DNA of 61,470 nt from Pseudomonadales bacterium (GTDB taxonomy: Bacteria > Patescibacteriota > Microgenomatia > UBA1400 > PJMF01): assembly GCA_020632235.1 (NCBI GenBank), contig JACKFY010000003.1, forward strand, positions 160,139-221,608, read 5' to 3'. The translations under genes were made by a program, and so were the position numbers. Positions within the stretch are counted from its first letter, which is position 1. Each line of letters begins with the position of its first letter. The notes under the pieces are model-generated. The model saw only the letters and a list, made by a program, of their open reading frames with translations, did not search any database and had not been told where the DNA came from. Below are positions 9,453-19,669 of the stretch, piece after piece.

Positions 9453-11136
9453 TACCTCCCAAAAGCACTGCGCTGATTAAGGTAATGCTGTCAGCAGTTT
9501 TTCTCAGCGGTGTTTCTAAAAATACAAGTCGTACGTTGTGAGTGCCTGCTGGTTGCTGCCAAGAAATACGCCCATACTCATCTGTTGTGGTGGCGACTGG
9601 TAGGTCATCAACAAACACCTGCCAGCCAGGATACCACGCCACACTGCCGCTCACCAAGCTAGTAGTTGCTTGGTCTACTGCAAAACGAACGCGGTGAGGC
9701 TGCTCTACGAGATCACGCACTTGACCACACCCACTGCACGAAAACAGACCCGTGCGAGCTCCTTCTGGGGGTAGGTAAAACTCGGCCGGAGCAAAGTCAT
9801 TCATGGTGTTACTCATCTCTACTGCAATGCGAGGAGGATCACTATAGTAGTGCTGCTCTACTACATTTTGCGTGGAAACAGGCCGAAAGTATGTGAGAGA
9901 GGTCAAGCACGCCCACGCAACCCCTACCGTGACAAATATTTTTCTCAGCTGTACAGGCGCCAGGGGAACCCAAGCAGTGGCAAGAAGTCCCATAAAAACA
10001 CTGGCGAGTGAGAGCCAGCGCCAGGGAAACTGTAAGTAAGAAAAAAGAGACAGTGTTTCCCACACTGACGTTGAAAAACGGTGGGTGAGCAAAAGCAAAA
10101 GAGCCGTAACTCCAAACAACATACTCACCAAACGAACCCCCCTACTCGGCCAGGTTTTTTGAAAGATGCTCTTTCTATAATGCGCCACATACCACAACAA
10201 CAACCCCATCGTAAGGATGCTTCCGCCCAACTGAGGCCATCCCAAAAAGAATGAAATGCCATCGAGTGGTCCTTCAAGAGATCCACCGTACTCCCAGTTT
10301 TCTACAAACCACTGTCGCCAACCAACGAAGTGCAAGTGATAATCAAACAAGTTGCCTGTCACTGCGGTAGTGACAATGGTATCTGGTCGCTCTAAAAACG
10401 CTGGAATCGTGTAAAACGCACTGACACCTACTGCAAGGAGACTAATGACTATAATATTTCTGTACATCCTAACCCATGTTGAAAAAAATCGTCTTGATTG
10501 TGGGGTTAAGAGCGCGAGAAGCATAACAGGAGCAAAAACAATCACCATGAGGCTCATTAAGTTATGACTCAGTAGTAACGTAATGAATGACGTAGCAAAA
10601 ATCACATATCCAATACCATCTTTTGTATTATCATAGATGCGCAGCAAACCGTATAACAACCAAGGAATGGTCATCATCCCCCAACTTTCAGCAACTGCCC
10701 CGCGCACAAACAGATTAACCGCCCGGTAGGGAGCCAGGGTAATAAACGCCGCTGTCAGCACCCCACCAGCAGCTCCAAACAGACGTCTGCCCAAGAGGTA
10801 CGAGCCAAGCAGTGTCACCAGACTCGGGATGATAAACAATGCCTTAACCGCAGTTGTCAGTGATGCTCCCAACAGGGTGCATAACGCCCCCACCAGGTAG
10901 GGTAGCGGAGCGTAAAAACTAAACAGCGGCATGCCGTAGCCATAATTGAAGTTTTGACTCCATCGCGCCGGGATATGTCCAGCCAGCACTGCACGCTGCA
11001 TTTCTACGATTCGCGCCCCATGCACAAAGTCATGCGTATAAAACATGCCGTCTTGACTAATAATACTCCAGGTAGTGCACAGGAAAACCAATAGTAGAGA
11101 CAAAAAGATAAAAATAGCCTGCTTTTGGATGACCAT
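9424..11136 (-). CDS. PTPS-related/YfhO-like membrane GT-C protein
   Basis: THDFVHGAR, RWSQNFNYGYGMPLFSFYAPLPY, APYR..RGA..E, C-terminal WYPGWQV..G.H.VRL. Confidence 0.8.
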   Translation of the reverse strand: MVIQKQAIFIFLSLLLVFLCTTWSIISQDGMFYTHDFVHGARIVEMQRAVLAGHIPARWSQNFNYGYGMPLFSFYAPLPYLVGALCTLLGASLTTAVKALFIIPSLVTLLGSYLLGRRLFGAAGGVLTAAFITLAPYRAVNLFVRGAVAESWGMMTIPWLLYGLLRIYDNTKDGIGYVIFATSFITLLLSHNLMSLMVIVFAPVMLLALLTPQSRRFFSTWVRMYRNIIVISLLAVGVSAFYTIPAFLERPDTIVTTAVTGNLFDYHLHFVGWRQWFVENWEYGGSLEGPLDGISFFLGWPQLGGSILTMGLLLWYVAHYRKSIFQKTWPSRGVRLVSMLFGVTALLLLLTHRFSTSVWETLSLFSYLQFPWRWLSLASVFMGLLATAWVPLAPVQLRKIFVTVGVAWACLTSLTYFRPVSTQNVVEQHYYSDPPRIAVEMSNTMNDFAPAEFYLPPEGARTGLFSCSGCGQVRDLVEQPHRVRFAVDQATTSLVSGSVAWYPGWQVFVDDLPVATTTDEYGRISWQQPAGTHNVRLVFLETPLRKTADSITLISAVLLGGIVYKHSKHA

Positions 11137-11183
11137 ACAAGCTATTGTAGCGCAGAGTGATGCTGTATAGTACCCTACAGATC

Positions 11184-12305
11184 ATGAGTGACCCATTACC
11201 CCTACCCGAGCCTGCAGAGCAACCAGAATTTTCCTGGAAAATACTTGGCATCTTATTTCTCAAAACCACCGCCCTTTCGTTTGTGTTTGTCGCTGTGTTG
11301 CTCTTCTTGACAACGCTCATTGTTGGCGTTGTTGCGGAAAGAAAACTCACCACCTTTCAAACGCTCACGGGGGTCTCTCGATCAGAACTCTTCTCGTTAG
11401 CAAAAGAGGGTTGGCGGGCAACACCTAGACAAACCGATGGCAGTATTACTATTCTTTTGCTTGGCACAGATTCTCTGGAAACCAGAGGTGACACTCCACC
11501 CCTCACCGATACGATGCTGCTAGCGTCAATCAACATCCACTCGGGAGAAACAACACTCCTTTCTCTTCCGCGAGACCTGTGGAGTAGCGCCTATCAAACC
11601 AAGATCAACGCACTCTATGCCTACGGATTTGAGAAAACACCAACAGAGCCAACACGCTTTGTCACTGATACCATTGCCGAGATGACACAACTTCCCATCA
11701 ACTACACCGTAGTGCTCTCGATGGAAGATGTAGCCACCATTATTGATGCCATCGGAGGTGTGAGGGTAGATATTCCCACTTCATTTACTGATGCAGAGTT
11801 TCCTAAAAGTGACGTTGATGTGACAACAGAGACCGACCCAGAGGTACTCTATAAAACAGTTTCGTTTGCGCGGGGACAAGAGCTGATGAATGGCTCGCGA
11901 GCCCTTGAGTACATGCGCAGCCGCCACTCTCAGGACGAAAACGGTAGTGATGGTAGTCGTGCGCTGCGCCAACAACTAGTACTACAAAGTATGCTCTCGT
12001 CCCTCTTGACTACCAAAACTATGACTAATCCAGAAACGCTTGCCCAGCTTTTCACCTACTATCAAGATCATCTGGCCGAGTACCTCCCCATGACTGATGG
12101 CATCGCCATCGCCAGGTTGCTCAGAGACGCTGATGACGACCTTTCGTTTGAGAGCACGAGCCTGAGTATATTTCCCGACGACTCGAGCGGTGTCATCTTC
12201 CACCCGCCCACCACCCAAACTGAAGGCGTATGGATCTATGAAGTCAGAGATACCCAGACGTTTCGCCAAGAAATCGCCCGCCTACTGGGAAACACAGCAG
12301 AGTAA
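11184..12305 (+). CDS. LCP (LytR-CpsA-Psr) family glycopolymer transferase
   Basis: N-terminal TM, ILLLGTD, TDTM, SLPRD, KINALY, ALEYMRSR, D..R..RQ; start taken at ATG 11184. Confidence 0.9.
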   Translation: MSDPLPLPEPAEQPEFSWKILGILFLKTTALSFVFVAVLLFLTTLIVGVVAERKLTTFQTLTGVSRSELFSLAKEGWRATPRQTDGSITILLLGTDSLETRGDTPPLTDTMLLASINIHSGETTLLSLPRDLWSSAYQTKINALYAYGFEKTPTEPTRFVTDTIAEMTQLPINYTVVLSMEDVATIIDAIGGVRVDIPTSFTDAEFPKSDVDVTTETDPEVLYKTVSFARGQELMNGSRALEYMRSRHSQDENGSDGSRALRQQLVLQSMLSSLLTTKTMTNPETLAQLFTYYQDHLAEYLPMTDGIAIARLLRDADDDLSFESTSLSIFPDDSSGVIFHPPTTQTEGVWIYEVRDTQTFRQEIARLLGNTAE

Positions 12306-12390
12306 AAACTTGGGATTGGGTGTGACTCCAAAAAAAGCTTGCCAGTACTCGCAAAGTGCAGTACCATGCACTCCAGATACAACAAACACT

Positions 12391-13401
12391 ATGCACACAC
12401 TCTTGGTTACCGGCGGAGCCGGGTTTATTGGCTCCAACTTTATTCGCTACTGGCTAAACAGGCATCCTGAAGACAAGGTCATAAACCTTGATCTACTTAC
12501 CTATGCTGGTAGCACTCAAAATCTGGGGTCGGCAAATGACAACCCTCACTACCAGTTTGTACAGGGTGACATTCGTGATCAAGAACTGGTAGACAAGCTC
12601 GCCGCTGACGCAGATGTGATTGTTCACTTTGCAGCCGAAAGCCACGTTGATCGCTCAGTGCTTGAGCCAGACGTCTTTCTCTCGACCAACGTACTGGGCA
12701 CCCACACACTGCTCAAAGCCGCTCGCGCTCAAAACATCAAACGATTTCATCATATCTCGACAGACGAGGTCTTTGGCTCACTAGAGCTGGGCACCACAGA
12801 GCAATTTAATGAGCGCACCGCCTACGACCCGCGCAGTCCTTACTCTGCCAGCAAAGCAGCCTCCGACCACCTGGTGCGTGCGTATGGCGAAACGTACGGT
12901 CTCCCTTTCACCATCACCAACTGCAGCAACAACTACGGTGAGTATCACTTTCCAGAAAAACTCTTTCCCCTGGCTATTACCAACCTTATTGAAGGAAAGC
13001 CCGTGCCTGTCTATGGCGATGGACTGAATGTGCGTGACTGGCTCTATGTCCAGGACCACTGTAGTGCGATCGAGCGTGTGTTGACCGACGGGAAAACAGG
13101 TAAAACCTACGTGGTGGGCGGCATGAACCAAGATGTTTCTAACCTTGATGTAATCAAGCAGATCCTCTCACTCATGGGCAAGAGTGAAGATATGATTACA
13201 TTTGTCAAAGACCGCGCCGGTCACGACAGGCGCTACAGTGTTGACTGGAGTAAGATAAAGCGCGAACTAGGCTGGCAACCTTCCGTCACCCTTGAAGAAG
13301 GGCTTGAAAAAACTATCCAGTGGTACAAAAATAATGAAAGCTGGTGGCGACCGAGAAAAGAACAAGAAGGTGATTTTTTCAAGAAAAACTATCAAGTATG
13401 A
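12391..13401 (+). CDS. rmlB: dTDP-glucose 4,6-dehydratase
   Basis: LVTGGAGFIGSNF, HFAAESHVDRS, STDEV, SPYSASKA, NCSNNYG; start reassigned to 12391. Confidence 0.97.
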   Translation: MHTLLVTGGAGFIGSNFIRYWLNRHPEDKVINLDLLTYAGSTQNLGSANDNPHYQFVQGDIRDQELVDKLAADADVIVHFAAESHVDRSVLEPDVFLSTNVLGTHTLLKAARAQNIKRFHHISTDEVFGSLELGTTEQFNERTAYDPRSPYSASKAASDHLVRAYGETYGLPFTITNCSNNYGEYHFPEKLFPLAITNLIEGKPVPVYGDGLNVRDWLYVQDHCSAIERVLTDGKTGKTYVVGGMNQDVSNLDVIKQILSLMGKSEDMITFVKDRAGHDRRYSVDWSKIKRELGWQPSVTLEEGLEKTIQWYKNNESWWRPRKEQEGDFFKKNYQV

Positions 13402-14006
13402 CCCACAGTTTCTTTCCTACACCAAGCAACCAAGTTGATGAGTATATCTACCAAACACCTATTACTGGCTTGTGGTATATCGCTGGCAAACGCTTTGACG
13501 ATGAGCGCGGGTTTTATGCAGAGCTGTTTCGCACTCCAGAGCTCGACAGACTGCTTGAAACACCATTCACCCCCAAGCAAACCAACCTTTCTCACTCCAA
13601 ACAACACGTTATACGCGGCATTCATGCTGAAAACTGGAACAAGCTACTGACTGTAACACAGGGCAGCTGTTTTGCAGCTTGGGTTGATGTGCGAAAAGAA
13701 TCTGATACTTACGGGCATGTCATCACAGCCACATTGGGAACAGGAGAAAATGCTATGTTCGGCAGCATGTTTGTTTCAAGTGGTATCGGCAACTCATTTG
13801 TGACACTCTCAGACAACCTTGATTATATCTATACGGTTGACCAACTCTACGCTGAGCGTGATACCTCGGGTGACGTTGCTATCTCGGTGTTTGACCAAGC
13901 CCTCGCCATTCCCTGGCCTGGAGATAGAGAAACCTATAGTATTTCAGACAGAGATCGCACTGCCTTAACACTAGCCGAGTGGGAAGAAAAAACGTATGCC
14001 AGTTAA
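13398..14006 (+). CDS. rmlC: dTDP-4-dehydrorhamnose 3,5-epimerase
   Basis: FDDERGFYAELF, Q.N.S.S, VIRGIH, VDVR; between rmlB and rmlD. Confidence 0.9.
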   Translation: MTHSFFPTPSNQVDEYIYQTPITGLWYIAGKRFDDERGFYAELFRTPELDRLLETPFTPKQTNLSHSKQHVIRGIHAENWNKLLTVTQGSCFAAWVDVRKESDTYGHVITATLGTGENAMFGSMFVSSGIGNSFVTLSDNLDYIYTVDQLYAERDTSGDVAISVFDQALAIPWPGDRETYSISDRDRTALTLAEWEEKTYAS

Positions 14007-14880
14007 ACAGCCACTTTTGATTACTGGTGGCAACGGGCTGGTTGGCTCAAAATTTAAACAGCTGTATCAAGATATATATGACTTTGACTCACTTGATATT
14101 TCAGATAAAAAACGACCAGTAGATATTACTGATCTTGAAAGTGTTCGGGCAGCACTAGATGGCTCAGCGGCTACTCACATCATTCACCTGGCTGCCTATA
14201 CCGATGTAACTGGGGCTTGGCAGCAAACTGACGACAAAACTGGCCTCGCGTGGAAAGTCAATGTGGACGGTACAGATAATATTGTGCGGGCGGCACAGGA
14301 AACAGGCAAGCACCTCGTGCACGTCTCGACTGCGTTTGTCTTTGATGGGGAAAAAGAAGGGCTCTACACAGAAACAGACGCACCCAACCCCATCGAGTGG
14401 TACGGCTCTACCAAGGCGCAGTCTGAAAGAATCGTAATGAACGCTAGCGGTGACTGGACCATCTTTCGGATTGACTTTCCCTTTCGCTTTGATACCTTTC
14501 TCAAGCCAGACATTGTGCGAAAACTAGCGGGCGTCATCACTAGCGACAACCCTTATCCACTGTTCGCCAATCATTACTTTGGCCCTACCGTGATTGAAGA
14601 CTTCTCTAAAGTACTTGACTGGGCTGTGCGTACTTCACCCACCGGGCTGTACCATGCATCAAGTGGAGAGAGGTGGAGTGATTATGACCTCGCACACTTG
14701 ATCAACACCACTCATAACCTAGATGGAACGGTTATAAAGGGCGATGTGCATGAGTACCTGAAAACCCTTGATAGACCCTATCAAAAAAACACCGCCATGA
14801 GCACAGAAAAACTACAAAACAAGATAGATTTTGAGTTGATGAGTGTTAAGGAGGCGATAGCAAAATGTGTAATTGAGTAG
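13996..14880 (+). CDS. rmlD: dTDP-4-dehydrorhamnose reductase
   Basis: ITGGNGLVG, HLAAYTDV, STAFVFDG, YGSTK. Confidence 0.9.
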   Translation: MPVKQPLLITGGNGLVGSKFKQLYQDIYDFDSLDISDKKRPVDITDLESVRAALDGSAATHIIHLAAYTDVTGAWQQTDDKTGLAWKVNVDGTDNIVRAAQETGKHLVHVSTAFVFDGEKEGLYTETDAPNPIEWYGSTKAQSERIVMNASGDWTIFRIDFPFRFDTFLKPDIVRKLAGVITSDNPYPLFANHYFGPTVIEDFSKVLDWAVRTSPTGLYHASSGERWSDYDLAHLINTTHNLDGTVIKGDVHEYLKTLDRPYQKNTAMSTEKLQNKIDFELMSVKEAIAKCVIE

Positions 14881-14882
14881 TG

Positions 14883-15533
14883 TCAATCTGAACTACTTTT
14901 GATCCTCCATTCTGCAATCTTCCCATGATTGCCGCTCAGCAATACCTTTGGTACACTCCAGTTATTGTATGTTTCTGGCTTTGTGTACTGCGGGGCAGCT
15001 AAAAATCCAGATGTATCGTGCGACTCTTGGTTGAGGCTTTCTGGATTTCCTAGCACTCCTTCTTGCAGTCGCATCACGCTATCTACTATACTCAGGGCCG
15101 CTGCTTCCCCGCCAGAAAGCACGAAGTCACCTATTCTCACTTCCTGGTCTACCAGATGCTCTGCCACGCGCTCATCCACCCCTTCATAATGTCCACAAAT
15201 GATGGTGAGATACTCCAGCCCCGCATACTCTCGGGCAGTTTTTTGAGTGTAGCGCTCGCCTTTCGCCGAGGTAAGAAGTATGCTTGATTTTTCTTGATTT
15301 TTTGCAACTCCAATGCTGCGCAACGCTTTCTCTATTGGCTCTACCATCATCACCATACCCGCTCCACCGCCATACGGAGTGTCATCCACCCGCTGGTGCG
15401 TACCTATGCCAAACTGCCTGAGATCAACTATTTTGAGCGTGTGTTCTGGTTGCGCAAACGCTCGACCCACAATTGAAAGTGAGAGTGGTTTTTTAAAGTA
15501 CTCTGGAAAGAGAGTGATGATGGTGATGGTCAT
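14883..15533 (-). CDS. trmD: tRNA (guanine37-N1)-methyltransferase
   Basis: ITLFPE, VDDTPYGGGAGM, CGHYEGVDER, IGDFVLSGGE, PQYTKP; start reassigned to ATG 15533. Confidence 0.98.
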   Translation of the reverse strand: MTITIITLFPEYFKKPLSLSIVGRAFAQPEHTLKIVDLRQFGIGTHQRVDDTPYGGGAGMVMMVEPIEKALRSIGVAKNQEKSSILLTSAKGERYTQKTAREYAGLEYLTIICGHYEGVDERVAEHLVDQEVRIGDFVLSGGEAAALSIVDSVMRLQEGVLGNPESLNQESHDTSGFLAAPQYTKPETYNNWSVPKVLLSGNHGKIAEWRIKSSSD

Positions 15534-15583
15534 GGAGAGTAGTATAGCAAAATTTTTGCCGACCACATGTAGGCTTCCCCAAT

Positions 15584-15661
15584 CTACAGTACAGGAAAAA
15601 TCTGAGCTCCTACATTTACCGCAATGGCAACAACCAGACCCGTGAGGATCAGTCCCAACAC
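15584..15661 (-). pseudogene. 3' remnant of a membrane-protein gene truncated by the IS
   Basis: Hydrophobic frame VLGLILTGLVVAIAVNVGAQIFPVL* of backbone-like composition runs right up to the IS left end. Confidence 0.4.
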
Positions 15662-15724
15662 TGACCCGCTCCCCTTATACTTGACACTAATTGTAATTAA
15701 AATAGTTGTCAGAAAGGGGGCAAA

Positions 15725-15937
15725 GTGGCAGGAATTTCTAAAGATATTAAGGCCGAAATCATAGCCAAGGTAAAGGCAGGGCAAAAAGTGGCGGATTTAG
15801 CCAAGGCGTATGGAATTAGCACTAAAACCATCTATAACTGGCTGCGAGGTCAAGTAAAAGAGCAGGTGTCTATGGGGAATACAAACGGTAATGAAGAAAC
15901 CAACAACTTAAGGCAAATACTTGAGTTCTCACACTGA
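15725..15937 (+). CDS. IS3-family OrfA (HTH)
   Basis: KVADLAKAYGISTKTIYNW helix-turn-helix. Confidence 0.8.
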   Translation: MAGISKDIKAEIIAKVKAGQKVADLAKAYGISTKTIYNWLRGQVKEQVSMGNTNGNEETNNLRQILEFSH

Positions 15938-16198
15938 ACCAGAAGTCAAAAAAAAGAACAGAAACTAGTACATTACTTTTGGAAGCACTGCCACATCTGG
16001 ATAAAACTCTCTTGGCGGATGCTCTTGGTATTTTAGGTAGTGGTTGTACAAAACAGATTTTATTCAGGTGAAAAAAGACAAGCAGTTAAAGCAACAAATT
16101 GAGGAGGTGTAGAGCCCTCACCCAGAGCAAAGCCAGTTATATGGCTACCGCAGGTTAGCAATTGAACTAGGAGTTGGTAAGAAGGAATTCGCAGATGT

Positions 16199-16826
16199 AT
16201 GAAGAAATATGGCTTGAGGCCATACAAAAGAAAAGCCAGATGGCGAAAAAGAAGAGATGAACAAAGAAAGCCAGTAGCTTTTGCAAACGAGATTAAAAAC
16301 CAGTGTCCACTAGTACCCAACCACACTTGGGCTGGAGATTTTACATACTTGCCATTTAAGGGCAAGTTTATCTACGTAGCTACTTTCTATGGATATTTTT
16401 ACCAGAGAGATAGTGGCTTGGCAAATATCCGATAGACATGACAAAACATTGGTTAATGCAAGCCTTTTAGATGGCTTAGTTAACCGAGACTTCCAGAAAC
16501 CAATATACATCCACTCTGACCAAGGAGCAGAATATTGTTCCCAAGATTACACTTGATTTAGTGAAGAATTTTGGGGTTAGCAATTTCCATGAGTACCAAG
16601 GCTTCTCCCTGGGAAAATGGTTACCAAGAATCCTTTTACAACAACTTTAAAACTGACTTAGGCCTTGAGTTTGACCGCTTCGACGATGAAGGGCACTTTC
16701 TGGAAGCAATACACCACACCCTTTAGAGCTACAACCATGAAAGAATTCACTCTGCCTTGAAAATGCCACCCTCCAGATTCCATGCCAAGTATTTACAATC
16801 CGTGTCTACGAAAAGGGGCGCTTGAC
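16199..16826 (+). pseudogene. IS3-family OrfB DDE integrase core, split by several frameshifts
   Basis: PNHTWAGDFTYL, IHSDQGAEY, PWENGYQESFYNNFK and RIHSALK occur in different frames. Confidence 0.8.
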
Positions 16827-16906
16827 AATGTGCTATTAAATTTCGTTATTATAACGCATCAATATCAATTCCCGTAAGTTCTTTTATTTTTAATTTTGAT
16901 CCATTA

Positions 16907-17368
16907 TCAATAGCTTGTAAAGCTATACAGAGATTTTATTGTTACTCCATGGTCTCCTTCCGATGGCGATAAATACCTTTCCTCAGACAAGCCTAATACT
17001 ATTCCAGGACCAAGTGTAGTGGTGGTAATTCCCAGTTTTTGAAGCTTTATAATCAATGTTTCTTTTCTTCCAATACTTGCCATTCCGCTATCTGTTAACG
17101 CATAAGGTCTAGCTAGTTGGGGGTCTGTTTCTACATGCATGGTTCGTGCATCTCTATTAAGTAAATAACTACCTTCGGCAATATCCAACAACAATGATCC
17201 CAAATTAACACCTCTAAAATAAAGCGAAGTACTGGGATCATAAGCTTCAAAAACTTGTGAATCATCGACTTTTTTCAGAATTTGAAATGCTGCATCAACA
17301 ATACTAATTCTAGTTTGTCTCTCCGGAATACCACCTTGATCAAAATTAAAAATATTGCCTTTACTCAT
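16907..17368 (-). CDS. Cassette 6: hypothetical protein
   Basis: 153-aa ORF starting about 35 nt after the attC5 core; no family recognised; the true end may be 16849 (..LQAIDNGSKLKIKELTGIDIDAL*) if frameshifted. Confidence 0.65.
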   Translation of the reverse strand: MSKGNIFNFDQGGIPERQTRISIVDAAFQILKKVDDSQVFEAYDPSTSLYFRGVNLGSLLLDIAEGSYLLNRDARTMHVETDPQLARPYALTDSGMASIGRKETLIIKLQKLGITTTTLGPGIVLGLSEERYLSPSEGDHGVTIKSLYSFTSY

Positions 17369-17402
17369 ATTACTTTACATATTGGTAAATTTAATAGCAT
17401 TT

Positions 17403-17537
17403 CATATAACGTTTTGCAGCTACCCGAAGGTGGCGATTTCGAAGCACTTCACTGTCAGCTAAGCACAAACTTTGATAGAGGCACAAAGCTTGATTTAACC
17501 ACTGAACCGCCACTTTTGGGTAGGTGCTGTTATGGGC
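17403..17537 (-). repeat. attC-like site 5
   Basis: R'' GCCCATAAC (17537-17529, contains the CPBP stop TAA), R' GTTATATG (17410-17403); arms CTACCCAAAAGTGGCG / CTACCCGAAGGTGGCG, 14/16. Confidence 0.9.
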
Positions 17538-18346
17538 TGGTGTTCTTCTCGCGTTCATTTGTCGCTAAATTTTTTGGCTTAAAAATAATGATTGTCAAAA
17601 TACCCCAAACTGTTATTAAAAATCCCATATAGTTCACGATATTTTTGTCGGCAAGGTCTGCTGTGAATGCGATGTCTATGGTTGAGTGAAAAAAAACAGC
17701 ACAAATTAAAATACTTGCTCTGGATGAGTTGTAAAGCCAAGTCAATAAAATACTTCCTGTCAATAGGCTAAATGTCCAGCCGAATATGCCTGCAAAATCC
17801 ATTGAAGTGTAACCTGGTCTGTAAAAGAAAAGTGGCCAATGCCAAACAGCCCAGAATATTGTCAAAATGATACTTGAAGTCAAAGCATTAAACTTGTCTT
17901 GAAACCTTGGCAATGCAAAACCCCGCCAACCAACTTCTTCTCCAAGTCCAAAGAAGATTAAGTTATAAATGAAAAATGTCAACAAGTTGAATTGAGGAAA
18001 CTCTTTTGAAGTTAAAAGACCCGAAATATTGATAGGCGAGTTATCAACGAAGTAGTTTATGATTGTCGCAATGAAAACGAGTAAGAATGGACTTAAAAGT
18101 GCGATTGCAAAATAAATTAGCGGTCTAACTTGTAAGCACTTTTTAATCAAACTTTTTACACCTTCGTTATTTTGAAACATCCAAGTTGTAAGAAATTAAA
18201 GCCGATTAACGGACCAAGTCCACCAAGTCCGTGGTAATAAGCAAGGTCGGCAAATTTGTCAACCCCAAAATGTGTCCATATAGCGGAAGCCAAATTGTCC
18301 AACTGATTAAATATGCAAGTCCGAAATATGTTATTAGTTGTTTCAT
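17530..18346 (-). pseudogene. Cassette 5: CPBP/Abi (CAAX-protease-like) intramembrane metalloprotease, two 5' frameshifts
   Basis: EEVGWRG, WAVWHWP, H motifs; N-terminus MKQLITYFGLAYLISWTIW starts at 18346 in another frame; stop lies inside R''. Confidence 0.85.
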
Positions 18347-18377
18347 TTCTTTTTAAACTCTGTCGTCACTTACACTT

Positions 18378-18518
18378 GCCCATAACGGTTGGGCGGTAAG
18401 GTATGAGTAGTGGCGGATTACGGAGCACTTTCCTGTCAAGATACGATGAACTTGATGCGAGGTAGAACGCCTGAATACGCTACAGCCCCCGCCATTACTT
18501 ATACACGATGTTATGGGC
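18378..18518 (-). repeat. attC-like site 4
   Basis: R'' GCCCATAAC (18518-18510), R' GTTATGGGC (18386-18378); arms GTATAAGTAATGGCGG / GTATGAGTAGTGGCGG, 14/16. Confidence 0.9.
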
Positions 18519-18537
18519 TGGGCTTCTTTTTCTGTCG

Positions 18538-19167
18538 TCAATAACTATACTTGTCATTCAGTCCTATTCCGTTAAAAATCTGTTCTTTGTATTTCTCAAT
18601 TCGACCAATTCTTGTTTGTGATTGCTTGGGTTGTGAAAAATGAATGATATAGCCCCTTTGTCGTCCAGCTGTTAATGCGTAAAATGCTTTCTTAAATGCA
18701 GGGTCTTGTTCAAATGCTTCAAGAAGTTCGTTAGGAATTGGTTCAGGGTTTTTCTTAAACTCTACTTTTTTTCCGCTTTCTTCAATTTCTATTGCTTCCA
18801 AAACGTATTCTTTTAAAACATCTTTTACTTTCTCTATGTCTTTAACATTGGTGAATTTTATAATTCTGTCTGACTGCAAATTTCCTTGTTGTTGGAGTAT
18901 TTTATGTTTGTCAGTCAATAATACTCCTTTGAAAAAGCCAATGTTTGCCGATTCCTTCAATGCACCCACAGAAACAATGTTTTTCCCTTTATGCGTATAG
19001 ACTGGTGCTCCCCATTTTATTTCTTCTGTCAAACCTGTTTCTAAAACAATTTGTCTAAGCATTTCCAATTCTTCACGCCAATTATGGACTTTGCATTGTG
19101 GCGTTCCGCCATACTTACAACGCATACAGCCGTCAATAAGATATTTGTCTACTTGTGGGTTCATCAT
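18538..19167 (-). CDS. Cassette 4 gene 2: DUF1801 plus YdeI/OmpD-associated domain protein
   Basis: EEIKWGAPVY, IGFFKGVLL, AFYALTAGRQRGY, TR..RIEK. Confidence 0.85.
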   Translation of the reverse strand: MMNPQVDKYLIDGCMRCKYGGTPQCKVHNWREELEMLRQIVLETGLTEEIKWGAPVYTHKGKNIVSVGALKESANIGFFKGVLLTDKHKILQQQGNLQSDRIIKFTNVKDIEKVKDVLKEYVLEAIEIEESGKKVEFKKNPEPIPNELLEAFEQDPAFKKAFYALTAGRQRGYIIHFSQPKQSQTRIGRIEKYKEQIFNGIGLNDKYSY

Positions 19168-19540
19168 TTTGTTAGAAGGTTTAATCTGTATTCAATCATT
19201 TTGATAATCAGTTCTTCGGGCAAAGGTTTATTTATAGGGAACAGAACAGAACCTTTACCTTTTTTGTAATCTTTTAATTCTTCATCAAATTTCTCAATTG
19301 TAGTGGGGTGAGGATAAAGTCCAACGTGATTTTATAACCTGCCATCATAATTTGTTGTTCTCTTTTTCCATTTTTTATTAGGGCATACGCTGGAATATTA
19401 TAATTCAATAATTCTTCTGCATCTGGAACAACCTTAAAAATACACTGTCTAATTTGAAGTAATGTATTTTTTACCTTTTCAGGTTGCGAATGGAAGTAAT
19501 CTTCTACTGAATTTATTTTTGCACTATTGTCCATAAGCAT
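19164..19540 (-). pseudogene. Cassette 4 gene 1: DUF1801 (YdhG-like) protein, one frameshift
   Basis: VEDYF, LLQIRQCI, YNIPAY; adding one A restores YKNHVGLYPHP..GKGSVLFP..KPLP and a stop overlapping the next ATG. Confidence 0.8.
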
Positions 19541-19581
19541 TTTAAATTATCCGTTTTTTCAACTGTCTGTCGTTTAGCCTT

Positions 19582-19654
19582 GCCCATAACGGTCGCGTGT
19601 ATGTGGCGTAGCCTGCCGATAGGTGGCTATGACATATACACAGTGTTAGGTAGC
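19582..19654 (-). repeat. attC-like site 3 (short, 73 bp)
   Basis: R'' GCTACCTAAC (19654-19645), R' GTTATGGGC (19590-19582); arms GTATATGTCATAGCC / GTATGTGGCGTAGCC, 12/15. Confidence 0.88.
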
Positions 19655-19669
19655 GTTTTTTTTACTTTT

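Larger units (their letters stand above)
15662..16827 (+). mobile_element. IS3-family insertion sequence (1166 bp), frameshifted
   Basis: TG..CA termini; IRL TGACCCGCTCCCCTTATACTTGACAC (15662-15687) vs reverse complement of IRR TGTCAAGCGCCCCTTTTCGTAGACAC (16802-16827), 18/26 identical; HTH OrfA; A8G slippery run at 15948-15956; DDE motifs WAGDFTY, HSDQG, ENGYQESF; no target duplication. Confidence 0.9.

Noticed and set aside
12190-12390. N-terminal extensions of rmlB (also trmD, frr, gmd, glgP and the GT4)
   Set aside because: The extensions overlap upstream genes or promoters; family alignment begins at the downstream ATG used here.
15655-16835. Target-site duplication around the IS
   Set aside because: The flanks (..CAACAC and ATGTG..) share no 3-4 bp direct repeat.
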